The translations under genes and the position numbers were made by a program. From an uncultured delta proteobacterium (GTDB taxonomy: Bacteria > Desulfobacterota > Binatia > Binatales > Binataceae): 64,000 nt of DNA. Within the stretch, counting starts at the first letter, position 1; every line of letters starts with the position of its first letter. The stretch covers positions 2,528,001 to 2,592,000 of the forward strand of contig CAWJET010000001.1 of NCBI GenBank assembly GCA_963842085.1. The letters run 5' to 3'. Below, piece after piece: positions 60,616-64,000 of the stretch. The notes below the pieces were generated by a model. It made no database searches and was not told the DNA's origin. It saw nothing but the letters and a program-made list of their open reading frames with translations.

Positions 60616-61644
60616 ATGAGTACTACGTTTCCCCTGGTTCCGATGATGCTGCGCGAGTACGGGGACCTGACTCGCGCCGCCCTTGGCAAGTATCTACCGT
60701 CCAGAGAACCGCGCCGCTACCTATACGATCTACTCAGTGACTATCCGCAACGCGGTGGCAAAATGATGCGTCCGAGCATGTGTATCGCGGCAGCGCGCCT
60801 TTTCGGCGCACCGCTCGAGGACGCGATGAGCACGGCAGTCGCGATCGAGTTGCTGCATAACGCGTTGCTCATACATGACGACATCGAAGACGACAGCGAG
60901 AAGCGCCGCGGCCGTCCGACTCTGCATCGCTTGCACGGTGTGCCGCTTGCGCTGAACGCCGGCGACACGTTGACGCTCATGAGCCTCAGGCCCTTGCTCG
61001 AGAATCGCAGCCGGATCGGCGAACGCCTGACGCTCAGGATCATCGAGGAGACCGAGCGAATGGCCCGTGAATGTGCGGAAGGTCAGGCCATGGAACTCGG
61101 ATGGCGCCGGTACAACATGAGCGAAATCGGTGACGCTGACTACCTGGAAATGGTCCTCAAGAAAACCTGCTGGCTGGCGACGATTTATCCGATTCGCGTC
61201 GGCGCTCTGATCGGAAGCCGCGACTCGGTGGATTTGGAGCCGTTCGTGCGCTACGGATTTTTTCTCGGCGCTGCCTTCCAAATCCAGGATGACCTGCTCA
61301 ACCTGGTCGGTGATGAGGCATATGGCAAGGAGATCGACGGCGATATCTGGGAAGGTAAGCGAACGTTGATGCTGATTCACGCGATCCGGGAATCGACGCC
61401 GGAGCAACGCGCGCGATTGTCCGCGATGCTGTGCAGGCCGAGAGAAGAACGCAAGCCTTCGGAAGTCAAATGGATACGCGGACTGATGGAAAAGTATGGA
61501 TGCACTGAGTATGCCCGCAAGATAGCACATGGGTTGGCGGGGGCCGCCTTGCACGAATACTCACTGCTGAGCGCCGGACTGCCTGACTCTCGCGACAAGA
61601 GGTTCCTGGAACAGATAGTCACATGGGTGATCCAACGGAACTAG
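60616..61644 (+). CDS. Polyprenyl diphosphate synthase family (trans-IDS)
   Basis: GGKMMRP; FARM HDDIEDDS.KRRG; GQAMEL; KKT; SARM variant FQIQDDLLN; DIWEGKRT. Confidence 0.93.
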   Translation: MSTTFPLVPMMLREYGDLTRAALGKYLPSREPRRYLYDLLSDYPQRGGKMMRPSMCIAAARLFGAPLEDAMSTAVAIELLHNALLIHDDIEDDSEKRRGRPTLHRLHGVPLALNAGDTLTLMSLRPLLENRSRIGERLTLRIIEETERMARECAEGQAMELGWRRYNMSEIGDADYLEMVLKKTCWLATIYPIRVGALIGSRDSVDLEPFVRYGFFLGAAFQIQDDLLNLVGDEAYGKEIDGDIWEGKRTLMLIHAIRESTPEQRARLSAMLCRPREERKPSEVKWIRGLMEKYGCTEYARKIAHGLAGAALHEYSLLSAGLPDSRDKRFLEQIVTWVIQRN

Positions 61645-61654
61645 AGGGGACATC

Positions 61655-63868
61655 ATGCCGAAGGTTACTCTTCCTAAATTCAACTCGGCTCTGGGCGAGC
61701 TGCTGGCGCTGCCGGCGCATCTCGAGCAGAGGTACAGCGACGTAGTCACACAGATATATCCGCTGAAAGCCAGCCTGAATCGGCTCCAGGAATTTTGTGA
61801 CGCTTACCTTAATCTGGACGAGGACTCGCCGGTGTCCTTCAAGGCTGCAGTTCCATGGGTCTTGATGCAGGTGTGCGATTACGGAGCGATGGCCTCCACA
61901 TCCAGGAACGTAGGCTGGTTTTCCCAGCACGAGCTGGCATTCGGCGTACCGATTCGATGGTATAAGAAAGAGAGAGGTAAGTGGGTATTCGTCGATTGGG
62001 CAATGGTATTCCCGTTTATCTTTGTGGACAATCCCCTTTCCATGTCAGGCGGCCGCAAGATCTATGGATGGTCGAAGTCTGGAATTCAGATCGACACTAC
62101 CGCGCCGATTTTCGAACCGGGTAACCTGCGCCGCCTGGTTAGCATCAGCCTCGTTACGTCAGGTTCTAATTACGGCGACCTGGCGGACACCGAAGAGTTT
62201 CTTCAGATCTTTCAACGCCGGCCTTTCGTGTCGGCCAGTTCGGCAGCTTCGGATCTGTTCAGCATCATTCCAAGAGCTATAGCCAGTTCTATGACGGCCG
62301 CATATAGCATTTTCGAAACCACAGGCTTGTTCCCTTTCGGTTACTCCGATCGCGATCTTCAATCTCTACAGGAGATGATGTCGCGCTTTTATGGAATGTT
62401 GAGTACCTTCGGACCAGAGTCGTTTCGCGCACCGGGGACAAAGGGGCCAGCGCAGCAAGCTTCGGACCGGAGCTCGGGTGCTTCCAAGTTCAACATCGTC
62501 ACCATGAAACAGGTCCGCGACGTGCGTTGCTCATCTGCCGCGTGCTTTCAGGCAATCGTCGGATCGAAAATGCAAATCGAAAGAAGCACCGACGGCGGCT
62601 ATCTTTTCGATCCTCTCTCGGGAGACGTCTCTGGCGGAATTTATATCAACCTGCTCGACACCAAGGTTCAGCCAATCGTGCGTACATTGGGACTTGAGAC
62701 TTCTGAATACTCGAGTGTCGGGGGCAAGCCGGCAGCAACGCTGAGGCCATTGATGCCGTTCTGGCTGAAGATGGACTTGGGTTACGGCCTGGCGGACTCC
62801 CAGTGCTGGCGTACTGACACAACCACCTGGACAGTCGGCGACGCACTCCACCATATACCGCGCAGGGAGATTCCGTATCTCGCGGTGGGAAGCGGTGCAG
62901 GTGAGGAGGTGGGGGGGCCCTACCATTTCCCGCGCATCACACTTCGCGTGATGCCGCTTAGAGCCGAAAAGAAGAAATTACAGAGCTTGCTCGATGGCTA
63001 TTTGAAAAACGACTTCTTTGAATTCGAGGTAACGGGCCAGATTAAAGCGCGCGGAGTACATTCTGTCGTATGTCTGATCGGCGCCAACTTCAAAGAGATG
63101 AGCGCGGCTTCCAATCCCGACACTGACTATTCGGATCGCGAACTATTCTTCGCCGTGCCGGTATTCTGGTGGGAGAAGAGCAAGCCTCGCTCCAAGCATC
63201 CGGCGTTGATTCCACTGTACACTTTCATGGGTACCGATTGGAACGCCGTCACGGCGTACGAGGTATATGGCCAAGTGGCGCTCAAGTCGATTTTCGTTAA
63301 TCCGGATACTTCGTGGCTGACGGATCCGGCAAGCGCGCATAAGTCCGAAACTCCGCTACTGACTGTCAAGACCGAGCTCTTTCCAGAGCCTGGCAAGAGC
63401 CAGGAGGCCCAGGAGATGACAGTGCTCGAAGTCTTATCCGCCCCGGGGGCCGCATCCCGCGGTTCAATCGCGACTTACCTGGACCAGCTGGGTCTGAGTC
63501 ACTTCCTGACCGGGAATCAGTTTCACAGCATCGCGCTGAAGCAAGTCATGGACGCGAAAGACTGTGCCCTTGCGAACTATCAGGCGCTAGTAGGACTCCG
63601 GCGTCAATTCAAAGGAATCAAAGACCAGGGAAACCCGGCGACGGGCATGCTCCCGCTAATCTTAATCAACGTCTTCGAATATCCGACTTTCCCGATAGTC
63701 GGAACGCTGGGATTGATATCGGAAAAGTGCGATAGGACCGGGCCATACCCCATAGACACGTTGAAACCGATCGATCCGTTCTGGGTCTCGGGTGCTATGG
63801 ACGGCGATGCGGGAATCGAGATGTGTTGGCGCGTCGGAACCGATTGGCAGCGGAACCCGAGCTTTTGA
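61655..63868 (+). CDS. Protein with tandem acetoacetate-decarboxylase-like domains
   Basis: PFIFVDNPLSMSGGRKIYGWSK (ADC-like motif with the Schiff-base Lys position); second repeat AYEVYGQVALKS; both halves end in KQV.D....A..QA.V. Confidence 0.65.
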   Translation: MPKVTLPKFNSALGELLALPAHLEQRYSDVVTQIYPLKASLNRLQEFCDAYLNLDEDSPVSFKAAVPWVLMQVCDYGAMASTSRNVGWFSQHELAFGVPIRWYKKERGKWVFVDWAMVFPFIFVDNPLSMSGGRKIYGWSKSGIQIDTTAPIFEPGNLRRLVSISLVTSGSNYGDLADTEEFLQIFQRRPFVSASSAASDLFSIIPRAIASSMTAAYSIFETTGLFPFGYSDRDLQSLQEMMSRFYGMLSTFGPESFRAPGTKGPAQQASDRSSGASKFNIVTMKQVRDVRCSSAACFQAIVGSKMQIERSTDGGYLFDPLSGDVSGGIYINLLDTKVQPIVRTLGLETSEYSSVGGKPAATLRPLMPFWLKMDLGYGLADSQCWRTDTTTWTVGDALHHIPRREIPYLAVGSGAGEEVGGPYHFPRITLRVMPLRAEKKKLQSLLDGYLKNDFFEFEVTGQIKARGVHSVVCLIGANFKEMSAASNPDTDYSDRELFFAVPVFWWEKSKPRSKHPALIPLYTFMGTDWNAVTAYEVYGQVALKSIFVNPDTSWLTDPASAHKSETPLLTVKTELFPEPGKSQEAQEMTVLEVLSAPGAASRGSIATYLDQLGLSHFLTGNQFHSIALKQVMDAKDCALANYQALVGLRRQFKGIKDQGNPATGMLPLILINVFEYPTFPIVGTLGLISEKCDRTGPYPIDTLKPIDPFWVSGAMDGDAGIEMCWRVGTDWQRNPSF

Positions 63869-64000
63869 TGCGGCAATCGCGGACGACAATTAAGCAGCCG
63901 GACGTAAACGCGGTCTTCCAAAGTAAGAGAAGAAAGCGTGGTGGGGAAACCTGGGAGAAGATTGAATACTGTGTACTTACCCGGTTTCAGCAATAGCCAA

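Overview
GC-rich bacterial DNA. The mix of secreted NHL/Pro-Thr-linker proteins, an F420-type LLM oxidoreductase and many glycosyltransferases is reminiscent of Binatota/Deltaproteobacteria-like soil bacteria, but this is only an inference. Positions 1-24 kb hold large secreted proteins (an NHL-repeat protein and an S53 protease), a set of multi-pass GT-C-like membrane glycosyltransferases, IS and group II intron remnants, and three metabolic genes. A ~31.6 kb accessory region lies between a tRNA-Thr(CGT) at 24299 and a near-duplicate, apparently chimeric tRNA-Thr(TGT) at 55887. Its left part (25.5-35 kb) is a series of small cargo genes separated by about 12 copies of an unrecognised, hairpin-rich ~110-150 bp repeat. 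Its right part (38.4-53.1 kb) is the highlight: a bacterial cluster encoding what looks like a eukaryote-type N-glycosylation pathway, with an STT3/AglB oligosaccharyltransferase, a MurG/Alg13-14-like GlcNAc transferase, strong ALG1 and ALG2 homologues, two ALG11-like enzymes, a GNT1-like GT8 and a PglK-like ABC flippase. After the second tRNA come arsR-arsM and an uncharacterised four-gene isoprenoid-type operon. All assignments come from motif recognition by eye; no database searches were run.
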